This document shows, piece after piece, positions 1 through 8,755 of a stretch of DNA of 64,000 nt. This stretch comes from a virus, in the IMG/VR virus record IMGVR_UViG_3300013108_000188; one strand, 5' to 3'. A program made the position numbers and the translations under genes. Below the pieces are notes generated by a model. The model was not told the origin of the DNA and did not search any database. It was given only the letters and a program-made list of their open reading frames with translations. Position 1 is the first letter of the stretch. The number at the start of each line of letters is the position of its first letter.

Positions 1-53
1 TGTGGGTCTTGTCTGTCTTCTACTATTCCTGTAAAATGTATAAACTTGGCCAT
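1..53 (-). CDS. gp5: 5' end of baseplate hub subunit/needle gp5 (runs off the window)
   Basis: Manual translation MAKFIHFTGIVEDRQDP matches the gp5 N-terminal OB-fold motif (GvVEDRxDP); follows gp53 and the hub gene. Confidence 0.8.
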   Translation of the reverse strand, partial: MAKFIHFTGIVEDRQDP

Positions 54-96
54 TTTTATTCCTATACTGCGTTATTTAATTGTACTGCGTGATACA

Positions 97-345
97 TCAT
101 TTATTACTATTTATTCCAAACCTACGCAAATGGCGATTTATCGCCATATCTTTGATAGTGTGTAAGACAATTGCTTCTGCGTACCCAATCTTCTCTAGTA
201 CGCCGACTTCATCTTTTAGACCGAATGTCTGCGCCTGGCCTTTGAAAAATGTCTGTAAGGATATTTTATACAAAGCATCCTCTCGGGAGTTGCGTATGGT
301 TTCAAATGTGTTGCGTAAAGCGTTGTTTAATTGTTTCATAGTCAT
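97..345 (-). CDS. hypothetical protein
   Basis: 82-aa ORF between hub gene and gp5; no recognisable motif. Confidence 0.35.
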   Translation of the reverse strand: MTMKQLNNALRNTFETIRNSREDALYKISLQTFFKGQAQTFGLKDEVGVLEKIGYAEAIVLHTIKDMAINRHLRRFGINSNK

Positions 346-370
346 ATTATTAAGTTCTCTAGTTCAAAAT

Positions 371-385
371 GTTCTCATATTGTTC
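371..385. promoter_or_regulatory. alphaproteobacterial LexA-type SOS box (GTTC-N7-GTTC)
   Basis: GTTC tcatatt GTTC, intergenic; the surrounding 20 nt are 19/20 identical to a second copy at 31369-31388. Confidence 0.55.
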
Positions 386-521
386 TGTTTTCGTGTCAGA
401 ATATAGTGGAGAGTATGCTGAAAGACCCTATATTATAGTGTTTAATGCGATTTTAGGCACTTTAGCGGGCGGACTCTTCTCTTCTCTAAGCATTCTCTCA
501 TATGTTGCAAATATGAATAAA

Positions 522-1976
522 CTACGATATAGTACTAAAGATTCCATCGTCTATACTCTCTTGGTAATAAACATCTCCTTTTTTATCTACTAATTTTGGT
601 TCGGTTTCTATTGTTGATGAGTAGTATGGAACCATCACACTATCTTTCACACACTCAACACTCATTGAGTGATAAGAATTACCAGGTTTGATTAAATGTA
701 CTATTTTGGATACTAGGTATCTGCCTGATAATATAGTGTCTCGGTCCTTATCACCTTCAGATGTTTTCTCATATCTAGGTAATTCTATTGTAATTATTTC
801 TCCTACTGATAATCCTGTATAACCTGGCACATTTATTCTCATTTTAAAACTATCTAAACAAGCGGCCTGACTTATTCTTTTTGATATTTTATCTCCATCG
901 TCTATGTGTTGATAGACATTTCCATTTGCGTCTTCGTATGTATTACTATTGTCCGATGAGTGATAAAATGTACCATCTGGGAATTCTGATAACATCTTGC
1001 CGTCTCTAAATGGATATTCAGGCACGACTTTCTTCATATGCTCTCTAGCACCATTGTTGTGTTCTAGGTGATGTGCCTTCTCATAGTTCTTTACATAATC
1101 AAAATCTGTACTCTTAAATGTTTTGTTAAATAAATCTGTCTTTAATACTCTACTCGCCAAGGCGCCAGTTGCTAATAGTTTCATAGTATTAAAATTTTCT
1201 AATATCTCATATGAGTTTATAGTCTGCATTTGTTTTTGTATATTCAAACTATCCACACCTGTTATTTGTTGTTTAAATGCGCCATTAGCAGGTCTAGCAG
1301 CGTCTACTCCTACTGCCATCATACTCTCTAACGACCTGCAATGAAATCCTTGCGATGTTTCGTAAAACTTATATCCTGTACTTTGAAATTGTACTGATTG
1401 AGCATTGTTGCATAGAAAATCAATTGTTCTATATGGTTTCCATCTTGGTATAACATATTTTCTATTTCCTCTTGTCTTCTCAATGAATATATCCTTACCT
1501 GTTCCTAGTTCACCTTGACATACTTTGCCTAACATATTATCTACTGAACCTTCAAAACTTCTTTGGACTTTTACGGTTTGATTTGTTAGTTGTTCTACAC
1601 TACAGAAATATAGTACATAGAATTGAGACCTAGGATTGTGGACTTGTCTTTGACCTATTTTGTATATGACCATTGGGTTCTTTTGAAAGTCATAAAATCT
1701 TTCAGACCCAGGAGTACCTAACTTAAACTGGATTAGTTCGTGGCCTGTTAAAGGCATATTATTAGGTAATCCTGTTGAATCTGATAATACTATTTGTCCT
1801 GATAAATTCTTTTCGTCAATGTCTTCGTAAATGTTAATTTCAACAACCAGACTTGTTATATCAATTTTCTTTGGCGTTGATGAACCATCAAAACTCTCCT
1901 TGCTTACTACTGCAATTTGTGATAGTACATAGTCACCAGCTTTCTTTAAGTCTGTTGAATTTAATTGGCTATACAT
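522..1976 (-). CDS. baseplate hub protein (gp27/GpD-like)
   Basis: 484 aa between gp53 and gp5; N-terminal IDITSLVVEINIYEDI and C-terminal GRYLVSKIVH typical of contractile-tail hub proteins. Confidence 0.65.
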   Translation of the reverse strand: MYSQLNSTDLKKAGDYVLSQIAVVSKESFDGSSTPKKIDITSLVVEINIYEDIDEKNLSGQIVLSDSTGLPNNMPLTGHELIQFKLGTPGSERFYDFQKNPMVIYKIGQRQVHNPRSQFYVLYFCSVEQLTNQTVKVQRSFEGSVDNMLGKVCQGELGTGKDIFIEKTRGNRKYVIPRWKPYRTIDFLCNNAQSVQFQSTGYKFYETSQGFHCRSLESMMAVGVDAARPANGAFKQQITGVDSLNIQKQMQTINSYEILENFNTMKLLATGALASRVLKTDLFNKTFKSTDFDYVKNYEKAHHLEHNNGAREHMKKVVPEYPFRDGKMLSEFPDGTFYHSSDNSNTYEDANGNVYQHIDDGDKISKRISQAACLDSFKMRINVPGYTGLSVGEIITIELPRYEKTSEGDKDRDTILSGRYLVSKIVHLIKPGNSYHSMSVECVKDSVMVPYYSSTIETEPKLVDKKGDVYYQESIDDGIFSTIS

Positions 1977-1979
1977 TTA

Positions 1980-2489
1980 TTACTCACTCATTAATTTGTC
2001 AAACTCGTCCAAGAAGGTTGGTAAAAAACCTGGGTCTAATAATTTAATCTCGGACATATCATTTTGTAGTCTTTGTTCATACTCTCTATTTGATATGGAT
2101 ACTGCACCTGAATCAGAAGATATACACTCAATCATTGTTTCAGTACTACCTGAAGATTGAGGTTTCTCGTAATGATGTATCGCTTCAGGATTTGTATATT
2201 TGTCTTTAATAAAAGTTTCAAACTCAGCATATCCCATAGGCCATCCGTAATATGCGTCTGTTATATTATTTGTCAACAATATAATCCAATGATATTCAGA
2301 CTTTCCAAAGTGTTTATCTGCAACATCTTCAGGTCTTTCTCCTTGTTGTACAAAATACTTTTGATACAAACTAGAAGCGTCCAATATCTTTTCTCTTACT
2401 TTCACTCTTTTGATAATGTTAGTAACCAGTTTTGCTTTCTGGTCACCTTTCATATCATAAAGTAATAATGGAAAACTTGAAAAATACAT
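1980..2489 (-). CDS. gp53: baseplate wedge subunit gp53 (LysM-like)
   Basis: MYFSSFP start, GERPEDVADKHFG..HWIILLTNNI..WP motif. Confidence 0.85.
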   Translation of the reverse strand: MYFSSFPLLLYDMKGDQKAKLVTNIIKRVKVREKILDASSLYQKYFVQQGERPEDVADKHFGKSEYHWIILLTNNITDAYYGWPMGYAEFETFIKDKYTNPEAIHHYEKPQSSGSTETMIECISSDSGAVSISNREYEQRLQNDMSEIKLLDPGFLPTFLDEFDKLMSE

Positions 2490-2494
2490 AGTTG

Positions 2495-3706
2495 TTAGTG
2501 TCCTTGTGCTATTGTTTCTTTAGTCATAATTTCTGTTTCGGCAAAATTACAAGTCACCTTTGTTATTACTGGTGCCGCTCCTTTATCATCTTCTCTAAAT
2601 GTGTGGAATGCTCCTTCGTTAGCATAATCTACTTCCATTGATGTCAATACACACCTAGATACTAGAGGAATATATGAGTTCATTTTACTTCGGTACATAT
2701 AAGTTATCTGAAATTCAGATGGCGATAAGAAAGCGCTATATGTCTTATTACTAAATTCTGGTAACATATGAAATTTCAATAACTTGATAATCTTATGTAC
2801 ATTTTCCATTTCTTTTCTATTCTTTGGCGCAAATTCAAATGGAAATGGAAATTCTCTAAATGGTACACTTCTAAAAACTTGTTCGTTAAATGGATTTAAT
2901 GCTCTTCCCATTGATTTATCTATTGCACCTCTAACATCTCCAACACCAGGTAAAGCACTTGCAATTCCTGTAACCGCTTCACCTAATACTCTCTCTAGTG
3001 TAGCTCCACCACCTTGCAATATAGCTTCCTTTATTGACATACTCTTTCCTCTTTCCATTGAAGAAGCAAATAGACCTGCAAGGCCTGTTGCTAACATTTC
3101 ATAATTAGCTTTGTATGTAAATTTTACTGCGTCAGCAGGAGTATATAAACAAATACTATCTGTTATTCTTGTATGTGTATGACTGCCACCTTGACCAATA
3201 CCAGATGACATTGTTCTTAAATGTTTTTGTCTAGCAGACTCAGCGTCTTTTATCATACCACTTTTTTCTGCTAAATCATTTGAAGTAGTAGCTTGTCCAG
3301 GTAAAGTTGTTCCAACTTTTCCATCTGGTAGTTCAATCACACGATTCATTGACTTGTTAAAACTTGACTTATCGTGTGCCACTACATCTATTATTACATA
3401 GTGTCCTTCATCTAAATTAGATGTTTCTTCTGGATAATATATTGTGCCGTAATTGTATCTACCGCTTTCTGCCATAGATTTTTGTACTGCACCACCAGCA
3501 CCTATTTCTAACGGAGATGAATTGATTATATTTTTAGCTTTTGCCTTGGCAGCATTAATATCTGCAACACCAGAAAAAGCACTAGTAAACTTATCTATTT
3601 CGCCTGTTAGGTTACCAGCCATATTATCAATAAACCCCTTAGCACTAGAAGCACCACTATTGATTCTTCCTTTAATAACACTACTGATTTTCTTTGTCCA
3701 CGCCAT
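2495..3706 (-). CDS. gp48: baseplate tail-tube cap gp48
   Basis: ALNPFNEQVFRSVPFREFPFPFEFAPKN and C-terminal tube-fold motifs; adjacent to gp53. Confidence 0.8.
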   Translation of the reverse strand: MAWTKKISSVIKGRINSGASSAKGFIDNMAGNLTGEIDKFTSAFSGVADINAAKAKAKNIINSSPLEIGAGGAVQKSMAESGRYNYGTIYYPEETSNLDEGHYVIIDVVAHDKSSFNKSMNRVIELPDGKVGTTLPGQATTSNDLAEKSGMIKDAESARQKHLRTMSSGIGQGGSHTHTRITDSICLYTPADAVKFTYKANYEMLATGLAGLFASSMERGKSMSIKEAILQGGGATLERVLGEAVTGIASALPGVGDVRGAIDKSMGRALNPFNEQVFRSVPFREFPFPFEFAPKNRKEMENVHKIIKLLKFHMLPEFSNKTYSAFLSPSEFQITYMYRSKMNSYIPLVSRCVLTSMEVDYANEGAFHTFREDDKGAAPVITKVTCNFAETEIMTKETIAQGH

Positions 3707-3707
3707 A

Positions 3708-3715
3708 TATAAATA
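3708..3715 (+). promoter_or_regulatory. T4-type late promoter for gp4
   Basis: Perfect TATAAATA upstream of the + strand gp4. Confidence 0.7.
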
Positions 3716-3734
3716 TCCTTATGAGTTGTTTTAA

Positions 3735-3742
3735 TATTTATA
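3735..3742 (-). promoter_or_regulatory. T4-type late promoter for the gp48 operon
   Basis: Perfect TATAAATA on the minus strand 28 nt upstream of the gp48 ATG. Confidence 0.7.
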
Positions 3743-3757
3743 CAAGAAATAGAGGAT

Positions 3758-4198
3758 ATGTTAATGGCTACAGCAAGTTATAAAGGAAGATATTTACCTA
3801 TAAACAAAGACAAATACATAGGAAATCCAGATAGAATAGTATATCGTTCAAATTGGGAGAGAAGATTTATGGTCTATTGTGACCGTAATGACGCCATTCT
3901 TCATTGGGGTAGTGAGGAGATTGCTATTCGTTATCGTAATCCTATCACTAAAAAAATATCAAATTACTTTCCTGACTTCTTTGTTGTCACCAAGAAAGCA
4001 AAGACAATTATAGAAATTAAACCCAAAGCATTTACAATTAAACCTAGACCTCGTAAAAGAAAAACACGAGCATATATTAATGAAAGTTTAGCGTATATTA
4101 AGAATAAATGTAAATGGGGTGCTGCTAGGCGTTATTGTGATATGCAAGGTTGGCACTTTAAAATATTTACGGAAGATGATTTAGGTAAGTTTAACTAA
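3758..4198 (+). CDS. gp4: head completion nuclease gp4
   Basis: YKGRY.P.N.DKYIG.P..IVYRSNWER, WGSEE, YFPDF, IEIKP motifs. Confidence 0.9.
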   Translation: MLMATASYKGRYLPINKDKYIGNPDRIVYRSNWERRFMVYCDRNDAILHWGSEEIAIRYRNPITKKISNYFPDFFVVTKKAKTIIEIKPKAFTIKPRPRKRKTRAYINESLAYIKNKCKWGAARRYCDMQGWHFKIFTEDDLGKFN

Positions 4199-4360
4199 TT
4201 GCCAAGCAAGTAATCCAATTATAATCAGTTCAGCAATACTCACTTCAGGTTTTAGATAAGCAGTTCTTATTCTCAATGCTCTTGTAATCCTAGAAAATAG
4301 TTCTGGATTATTGTGCATAACCAATATGAAGATTGCCAATGTTAATAGTATTAGTTCCAA
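4191..4360 (-). pseudogene. small membrane-protein gene split by a single-base frameshift
   Basis: TTG-start LELILLTLAIFILVMHNNPELFSRITRALRIRTAYL continues one frame back as KPEVSIAELIIIGLLAWQIS*. Confidence 0.35.
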
Positions 4361-5883
4361 AATGATATTTTATCCCAAAAACTAGATGGTTCAGGATTCT
4401 TATCTGCCTTAGCGACCATCGCTGTTTCTGAATTTGATTGAGTATTAGTAATTGTTTTATTGTCTTGTACAATAACAGCATTATTTGTGCCAGTAGGAGC
4501 AACTGCTTCGTTCTTCATCACTTCTGCCGTTTCTTCATTGTCTTTATTCCAAGTCCAAGGTTTAAACCATTTACTTTCGTCTTTGTCCATTTTTACTTTT
4601 TGGACCTGACTTGGTTCTGTAGTTATTGAGTCAGCGGTTGTACTACCTGCTTCAGCGGCAGCGGCACCTTCTTGTCCTAGAAGTGGTATATTGATACCAG
4701 GTACTTTGTTTAATAATTTTATTGGTGCATTAATCATAGCAAAGAAACCTTTTTTTAACATATCACCAACCGTCTCAACAACACTACCTAGAAGATTTAA
4801 TATTTTATCTCCTACACCTGATAATGCTTCACCTAACATTGTAGGTATATTTTGTACCCACTCAGCAAATTTACTTCCTAAATCTTTCACACCTTGCCAC
4901 CAATTTGCTAAGGTTTGTGCCATATTATTCCACCATTCAGTAAGTTTATCTTTAATATCACCTAATTTAAATATTATAGCAGTTATTATTGCAACAACAG
5001 CAAGAAATGCCAATGTTTTTAACATTAATGGTATTATTGACAACATCAAATTAGCACCAAAAAGTTTTAATGATTTAATTGGTGTAAGCATTGCCTTACC
5101 AAAGTTCTTAAATGATACGCCTATTCTCTTACCTAATTCTGCCATTTCTATAAATGGACCTGTAATACTATCTTTAATTGCCACAAATTGGTCGGCAAGT
5201 GGACCAAGAATACCTTGGGCGTCAATCATATCTCCTTGTTCAGCACCACGAATAGGACTAGTATCACCTTTTCTTTTCTCTTTATCTTCTTTTAGTGCTT
5301 TTTCTTTTTCAATAATCTTTGTTTTATCTCTTAAAATCTCTCGTTCTAAATTAAATCTTTCTATTCCTGTTTTACCATCTAATTCTTTTGTCTTTTTTTC
5401 TAATTTTATGGTGTCTTGTATTATTGTTTTCTCTTTATTTGCCCAATCTTTTTCTATTTGTATCATTTCTTTTTTAGAAATAATAGCAGCTCTTACACCA
5501 GTTTTTGTTTCTCTTATTTCAGCAGCAATACCTTTTTCTCTTAAATCTATAACTTGTTGTTCTACCTTCGTTCTTTGTTCTTCTTTTGCTCTTAAAGCAT
5601 TTTGGAGAGTTCTCATACTATCAGGTATGTTTTTCATATCTCTAGTTAAATCATCAACACTCATTCCCAAGTCTTTCATACGCAAAATGAGTTTATCCAT
5701 TGTTTTAGAAACATTATTAGGTTGCTCTCTAAATGCGTCTATTGTTTCTGCGATGATTTGATTTAATTTAGGTTTGGCCACCTGGACCATACCTTCTATA
5801 GATGATATTGATTTGTTCGCAACAACTTTAAATATTTTTAATATTTCTGCTTCGGTTGCTTCTGTTAAAGTTGTTGCGGCCAT
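4351..5883 (-). CDS. probable tape measure protein (gp29-like)
   Basis: 510 aa, long coiled coil, hydrophobic segment and Trp-spaced amphipathic repeats; located in the tail module downstream of gp26/51. Confidence 0.65.
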   Translation of the reverse strand: MAATTLTEATEAEILKIFKVVANKSISSIEGMVQVAKPKLNQIIAETIDAFREQPNNVSKTMDKLILRMKDLGMSVDDLTRDMKNIPDSMRTLQNALRAKEEQRTKVEQQVIDLREKGIAAEIRETKTGVRAAIISKKEMIQIEKDWANKEKTIIQDTIKLEKKTKELDGKTGIERFNLEREILRDKTKIIEKEKALKEDKEKRKGDTSPIRGAEQGDMIDAQGILGPLADQFVAIKDSITGPFIEMAELGKRIGVSFKNFGKAMLTPIKSLKLFGANLMLSIIPLMLKTLAFLAVVAIITAIIFKLGDIKDKLTEWWNNMAQTLANWWQGVKDLGSKFAEWVQNIPTMLGEALSGVGDKILNLLGSVVETVGDMLKKGFFAMINAPIKLLNKVPGINIPLLGQEGAAAAEAGSTTADSITTEPSQVQKVKMDKDESKWFKPWTWNKDNEETAEVMKNEAVAPTGTNNAVIVQDNKTITNTQSNSETAMVAKADKNPEPSSFWDKISFWN

Positions 5884-5915
5884 TTGAATTGTCTCTCTTT
5901 AGTGTATAGTAATAT

Positions 5916-6215
5916 TTAGTCTTTATTTTTGATTTTTGTTGCTTTTCCGTTCACATATATTGCAAACCAACCAGCACCAGCACCAACTACTACTGAAACT
6001 AAACCTGCCTGTGCGTTGTTAGGATTCTCTAGTGCCATAAACCAATTTATAACATCTAAAAATGCCCAACCATAGGCAATCATTAAAAGTCGTGGTACTA
6101 ATCTCCAATTTGACATTAATTCAGGTATCTCTACCTCAATGAAATGCCATACTTGTTTTACACCGTATTTAAAATTAGTCCAACCACCTGTAAATAAGTT
6201 CTTTATATTCCACAT
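5916..6215 (-). CDS. small two-TM membrane protein (holin-like)
   Basis: Two hydrophobic helices and a basic C-terminus. Confidence 0.45.
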   Translation of the reverse strand: MWNIKNLFTGGWTNFKYGVKQVWHFIEVEIPELMSNWRLVPRLLMIAYGWAFLDVINWFMALENPNNAQAGLVSVVVGAGAGWFAIYVNGKATKIKNKD

Positions 6216-6219
6216 ATTG

Positions 6220-6738
6220 TTATTCCTCTTTTTTGTGTTTACCTAATATTTTAACTATTTCCCAAGTACCATCTTCATAATGATGTACTTCGGCGTCAAC
6301 TAAATCACACATAAAATTTAATGAATCACCGTGTATTTGATATGTGATACCATTAATCTCTACGCTATCTGTACCTTCTGCTCTATCTCTCCAAAGTTTT
6401 TCAACCTTTCTTTTGGTCTTCAAACAATCGGACATATTATCTGCACCTTTATGGTCAATTAATGTTCCGTCTGAAAATACACATACAGCAAATACTACTT
6501 CGGGTTCGTGTGTGTGTTCAGCACCTTCAATAGGACATTGTTGGTGTCCATCGTCTCCGCAACCAGTACAATTTGCCTGTGCTTTATTATTTAAAAATAG
6601 TCCAATTAATATAGCGGCCACAAATATACCTGCTACAATCTTTAACAAGTCTTTTGTATCACCATTCTTAAATCCTATTTTCTTTATTAGTTTTTTAAAC
6701 ATATTATCTGATAGGTGGTACATACATAACACCACCAT
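6220..6738 (-). CDS. membrane-anchored Cys-containing exported protein
   Basis: N-terminal TM; CLKxKRxxEK motif shared with 7788..8087; true start probably MFKKL. Confidence 0.55.
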   Translation of the reverse strand: MVVLCMYHLSDNMFKKLIKKIGFKNGDTKDLLKIVAGIFVAAILIGLFLNNKAQANCTGCGDDGHQQCPIEGAEHTHEPEVVFAVCVFSDGTLIDHKGADNMSDCLKTKRKVEKLWRDRAEGTDSVEINGITYQIHGDSLNFMCDLVDAEVHHYEDGTWEIVKILGKHKKEE

Positions 6739-7780
6739 CCTTCCATAGTTTGTTTAGTCCTCTTTCTAATGCAAGAGGAGTATTTGGTCCTACATTTCTC
6801 TCGTATGATTCTCCATAGTTACCAACTTGTTTAATAATATTATAACCAAATTTCATACCAAGTCCTAACATTGGACCTACATAACCTTCTACGCCCAATA
6901 TTCTTTTAACTTCTTTTGATTTGGCAGTTAACATCATATCCACATTTTGACTAGTGATACCTGCTTCTTCAGCATTTACCATAATGAAATGTGTCCATCT
7001 AACTACATCTTCCCATTCTTGGTCGCCTTGTCTTACAAGTGGACCTAATGGTTCTTTTGATATAATTTCTGGTAAAACAACCCATTTACTAGGGTCTTCT
7101 GCACCAGACCTTGCTGACGCAAGACCTGAAGCGTCTGTTGTGAATACATCACACTCGCCACCAAACAATTTAGCTTTTGCTTCTTTATTACCTTCAACAT
7201 ATATTGGTTTATATGTCATATTGTTTTCTGCAAAATAATCGTTTAAGTTCAGTTCAGATGTAGTTTCTTTTGTAATACAAACAAACGCACCATCTAAATC
7301 TTTAGCACTTTCAATGCCTAGTTCTGTTGGTATTAAAAATCCTTGTCCATCGTAATAGTTAACTCCTGCAAATTCAAACATTAAGTTAACATCACGGCTA
7401 ATTGTCCAAGTCGTGTTTCTTGCAAGTAAATCAATATTACCTGACGCTAATGTTGGAAATCTTTGAGCAGCATTTAATCCTACATATTCTACTTTATTTG
7501 AATCACCAAATATAGCAGCGGCAACTGCCTTACAGAAATCAACATCTAAACCAGACCAATTTCCGTTTTCATCCTGAGCAGAAAAACCAGGTAAGTTTGC
7601 ATTAACTCCACATCTTACAAAACCTCGTTCTCTAACTTCTTGTAGTAATCCTATTTCTTTAAGTACTTCAACTTTTTTACCTTTATTACTATTACTAGTA
7701 AAAGCAACTGATAATAATACAGCGGCCAATAATACCACGCCAATGATATTTTGAATATTCTTTTTAAAATCTATTTTCAT
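6704..7780 (-). CDS. aapJ: general L-amino acid ABC transporter substrate-binding protein (AapJ/BztA/YhdW family)
   Basis: RGFVRCGVNANLPGFS, GLDVDFCKAVAAA, RNTTWTISRD, YYDGQGF, SKEPLGP, VGNYGESYERN and C-terminal PPIR motifs. Confidence 0.9.
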   Translation of the reverse strand: MKIDFKKNIQNIIGVVLLAAVLLSVAFTSNSNKGKKVEVLKEIGLLQEVRERGFVRCGVNANLPGFSAQDENGNWSGLDVDFCKAVAAAIFGDSNKVEYVGLNAAQRFPTLASGNIDLLARNTTWTISRDVNLMFEFAGVNYYDGQGFLIPTELGIESAKDLDGAFVCITKETTSELNLNDYFAENNMTYKPIYVEGNKEAKAKLFGGECDVFTTDASGLASARSGAEDPSKWVVLPEIISKEPLGPLVRQGDQEWEDVVRWTHFIMVNAEEAGITSQNVDMMLTAKSKEVKRILGVEGYVGPMLGLGMKFGYNIIKQVGNYGESYERNVGPNTPLALERGLNKLWKDGGVMYVPPIR

Positions 7781-7787
7781 AATTTAC

Positions 7788-8087
7788 CTATTTTGTTAAT
7801 ACTTTAACCTTTTTCTCTTTTTTCTTTTCAGTTAGAGATTTCGCCGTACCACCTAGTTTCAAACTACCAGATTGGTCGGGCATTTTATTTTTAATACTAA
7901 TAATGTTACCTTCAGCATCCACTTCGGCCATTGATGGACCACAGATTACTCTACGACCATCTTTTAATTTTTCAATTGCTCTTTTATCCTTCAAGCAAGC
8001 ACCTAATCCGTCATACTTGACGAATTCGCTTGAAGTGTCGGTAACTATAAACATTGTAATAATGGTAACTAGTGTAGCAGCATCCAT
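7788..8087 (-). CDS. small exported protein, paralog of 6220..6738
   Basis: Hydrophobic N-terminus; GACLKDKRAIEK...C..AEV motif. Confidence 0.55.
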   Translation of the reverse strand: MDAATLVTIITMFIVTDTSSEFVKYDGLGACLKDKRAIEKLKDGRRVICGPSMAEVDAEGNIISIKNKMPDQSGSLKLGGTAKSLTEKKKEKKVKVLTK

Positions 8088-8090
8088 ATC

Positions 8091-8546
8091 TTATTCTCCT
8101 GTTTTATGTCCGTTTTTAACACTTCTAATTTTATCTTTTAATTCCTCAACATCAGCAAGAACCTTGTCCATATCTTTTTGCAACCTTTCAATGTTAACTG
8201 CATTGTTCATCATATTTTGCAAATCTTTTTGGATGGACTCCACCTGACCACTTAAAAATTCTATGAGCATAAATTGCTCGGAATCGGCAGGTAAAGAACC
8301 CATATCTCCTCTTGGCCATTTGATTCTAAATTCGTTATTCTTCTCTATATCTACTGCTAATGTTTCTTCTGCTTGTATTAAGTCTTTTTCTAATAGTGTT
8401 GTATTTGTCTCTAGCTTGTTCAAGCGCTCAATCACTCCGAAGTATGCCCACACTCCAACCGCCACAGCGGAAATGATAGCGAGCAAATTCTTCATCGGCA
8501 TACTTACCGCTGATTCACTTGATATATCTATTCTGTCCTTTGCCAT
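8091..8546 (-). CDS. TM-anchored coiled-coil protein
   Basis: One N-terminal TM followed by heptad repeats; AAGGAAG RBS. Confidence 0.6.
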   Translation of the reverse strand: MAKDRIDISSESAVSMPMKNLLAIISAVAVGVWAYFGVIERLNKLETNTTLLEKDLIQAEETLAVDIEKNNEFRIKWPRGDMGSLPADSEQFMLIEFLSGQVESIQKDLQNMMNNAVNIERLQKDMDKVLADVEELKDKIRSVKNGHKTGE

Positions 8547-8554
8547 AATCTTCC

Positions 8555-8755
8555 TTAATTTTGGGTACTTTTAAGTTTTTCCCTTCTTGCCTTTTCTTTT
8601 TCCTCTTTCAAGTATTGAACCAATAAACCAATATATACTTCTCGTTCCCACGGAAGCATTGATTCTAGCTCACTTAAACTATATTTATGATGTTGGACAA
8701 GTGCAAAGTTAGTTTCATAGTACGCCTCTAGGTCGCTGTGGGAGAGGCAGATACG
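8555..8755 (-). CDS. gp51: gp51-like baseplate hub assembly domain, reached by predicted -1 frameshift from gp26
   Basis: Unannotated frame RICLSHSDLEAYYETNFALVQHHKYSLSELESMLPWEREVYIGLLVQYLKEE...; no start codon upstream of the conserved part; overlaps the gp26 end at T TTT TTC. Confidence 0.75.
   Translation of the reverse strand, partial: RICLSHSDLEAYYETNFALVQHHKYSLSELESMLPWEREVYIGLLVQYLKEEKEKARREKLKSTQN

Noticed and set aside
4691-5761. 356-aa + strand ORF and the many other + strand ORFs in the track
   Set aside because: Antisense shadows of well-supported minus-strand genes with Ile/Ser/Phe-rich composition and no RBS or motifs; only gp4 and the cyclase are credible on the + strand
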